Positions 62,636 through 64,000 of a stretch of 64,000 nt of DNA are shown piece after piece. The notes beneath the pieces were generated by a model. The model ran no database searches. It had not been told where the DNA came from and worked only from the letters and a program-made list of their open reading frames with translations. Source of the DNA: Squalus acanthias (Eukaryota); the NCBI GenBank assembly GCA_030390025.1, contig CM059433.1, positions 13,580,001-13,644,000 of the forward strand, written 5' to 3'. Every line of letters begins with the position of its first letter. The stretch's first letter is position 1. A program made the position numbers and the translations under genes.

Positions 62636-63402
62636 GGATCTATATGGTGGGAATATTGTGCCAACCTGGTGCATCATTTGGCAGCCAGGGTGCACAGCAT
62701 CAAGTGAAGTAAATCTAGCCATGGTGAGGCCATCTCTGGTCTCCCAGGCAGCAAATTGGTCGGGTGCTGATGTCGTCTGTCCTGTGCAGCATCGGGTGAT
62801 TGCGGAGAAGTGTGGTGGATTCTGAGGACCAAGGTGAGAGTGTATAAAGGGCACCCATGCTGATGGAATAGATGGCAGGTGAAGTGGAGATGACAGAAGC
62901 GATCTGTCAATGGTGAGAGAGGTAATGAGGTCAGACTGGATGGAGACTTGTGTAAAGACTTGCAGCATTCTGAATCTGTTGTGGAAATGCAGTGAGGAAG
63001 AGTTTGTGGCTAAGGGAAGATATCTCTGTAAGGTGGGAGCTTTTACTGTACATAAGAAGCTGTCATCTCAACAGCTGATTCAATGGCCACTGAACTCCCG
63101 CCTCAGCTTGACAGACATGGTCCACGACCAGTGAGGACCCCGTGGGTGAGCTGTCCAATGCAAAAGGTGAGCTGAAATTAATTCTTAAGTGGCTCTAAAC
63201 AAGCTACTAATTACCTGAATTGGGTCCCCTGCTTTGAACCCGCCGCTGCGTGTCGGGTCTGCTCAGCACTGACATACCCGACATCGGGGAAAGGCGCGTG
63301 GCGGTGTGTGCACAGCAGGGCCCTGACCAGCTGGGGAAAGAAACACTTTCCCACCCGACCCACCACCGATCGTGCCCACTGACCCCCTGGAAAATCTAGA
63401 CC
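62636..63402 (+). mobile_element. Right portion of the 47655-49317 Harbinger derivative family
   Basis: Long collinear match to 48540-49317; ends CCCCTGGAAAATCTAGACC. Confidence 0.75.
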
Positions 63403-63510
63403 GTTAACTCTGTTTCTCTCTTCACAGATGCTGCCTGGGTCTGCTGAGTATTTCCAGCATTTTCTGTTTTTATTTTGGATTTCAAGCATTCGCAGTATTT
63501 TGCTTTTGTA
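63402..63510 (+). mobile_element. Further copy of the same Penelope-like 3' tail, cut within the hammerhead region by a Harbinger-type element
   Basis: cgttaactctgtttctctcttcacagatgctgcctg...cagcattttctgtttttattt...gcagtattttgcttttg closely matches 58862-58967. Confidence 0.7.
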
Positions 63511-64000
63511 CTGATGAGCATGTGTCACTTGATGGCACTATTGATGACTCCTTCCATGACTGATGATTGGGAGGAGGCTAATAGGGTGGTAATTGGCTGT
63601 TAGGTTTATCACTTTTTTTGTGGATAGCTCATACCTTTCACATTGTTGGTTAGATGCCAGTGTTCGAGCTGCAGAGGAACAGTTTGTCTAGGGGAGTGGG
63701 CAGGTCTGGTGCACAGGTCTTCAGCACTACAGCTGTGATGTTGTCAGGGCCCATAATCTTTGCTGTGGCCAGTGCACCCAGCTGCTTCTTATTGTACCAT
63801 AGAACTGAATTGACTGATTACTGTCATCTATGATGGCGGAGACCTCAGGAGGAGGCCCTGTAGGAATGCACTTTTGCCTGAAGATGCTTGTACCTGTCTC
63901 TTGCACTCAGGTGCTGGGCTCCATCATGGTTGAGGATGAGGATGTTCATGGAGCCCAGCTCAGATGGTTTTCATACTGTTGAGGACCTTCATACAGTGCT

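Noticed and set aside
61004..64000. Search for the TPO CCP/sushi exon
   Set aside because: No Cys/Trp pattern with proper splice sites seen; it probably lies beyond the window.

Overview
Vertebrate, non-prokaryotic genomic DNA. The repeat content (CR1/L2/RTE LINEs, Deu-domain SINEs, Penelope-like elements, abundant PIF/Harbinger elements) points to a cartilaginous fish, probably a shark. The only host gene I can support is the 3' end of thyroid peroxidase (TPO) on the minus strand. It has a Ca-binding EGF exon (60872-61003), a transmembrane exon starting DSGRL (39811-39907), a cytoplasmic exon (29084-29186) and a probable last coding exon (27291-27344). The ORF track misses or only partly covers these. 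The rest is TE-rich intron and downstream sequence, and most listed ORFs are spurious or TE-derived. Most notable structures: (1) a very young head-to-head Penelope-like insertion forming a 944-bp-arm near-perfect palindrome, with a GIY-YIG ORF, a minimal hammerhead ribozyme in each arm and a 12-bp TSD; (2) hammerhead-bearing relics of a second Penelope-like family; (3) an RTE LINE with a ~136-bp target-site duplication; (4) spliced Harbinger Myb/SANT genes convergent with transposase remnants, plus many Harbinger-type MITEs. One MITE family carries a hairpin with splice donors on both strands, and one copy has expanded a 26-bp G-rich minisatellite; (5) two LTR-like elements sharing a conserved 3' hairpin motif; (6) an internally deleted LINE with a tRNA/SINE-like head.
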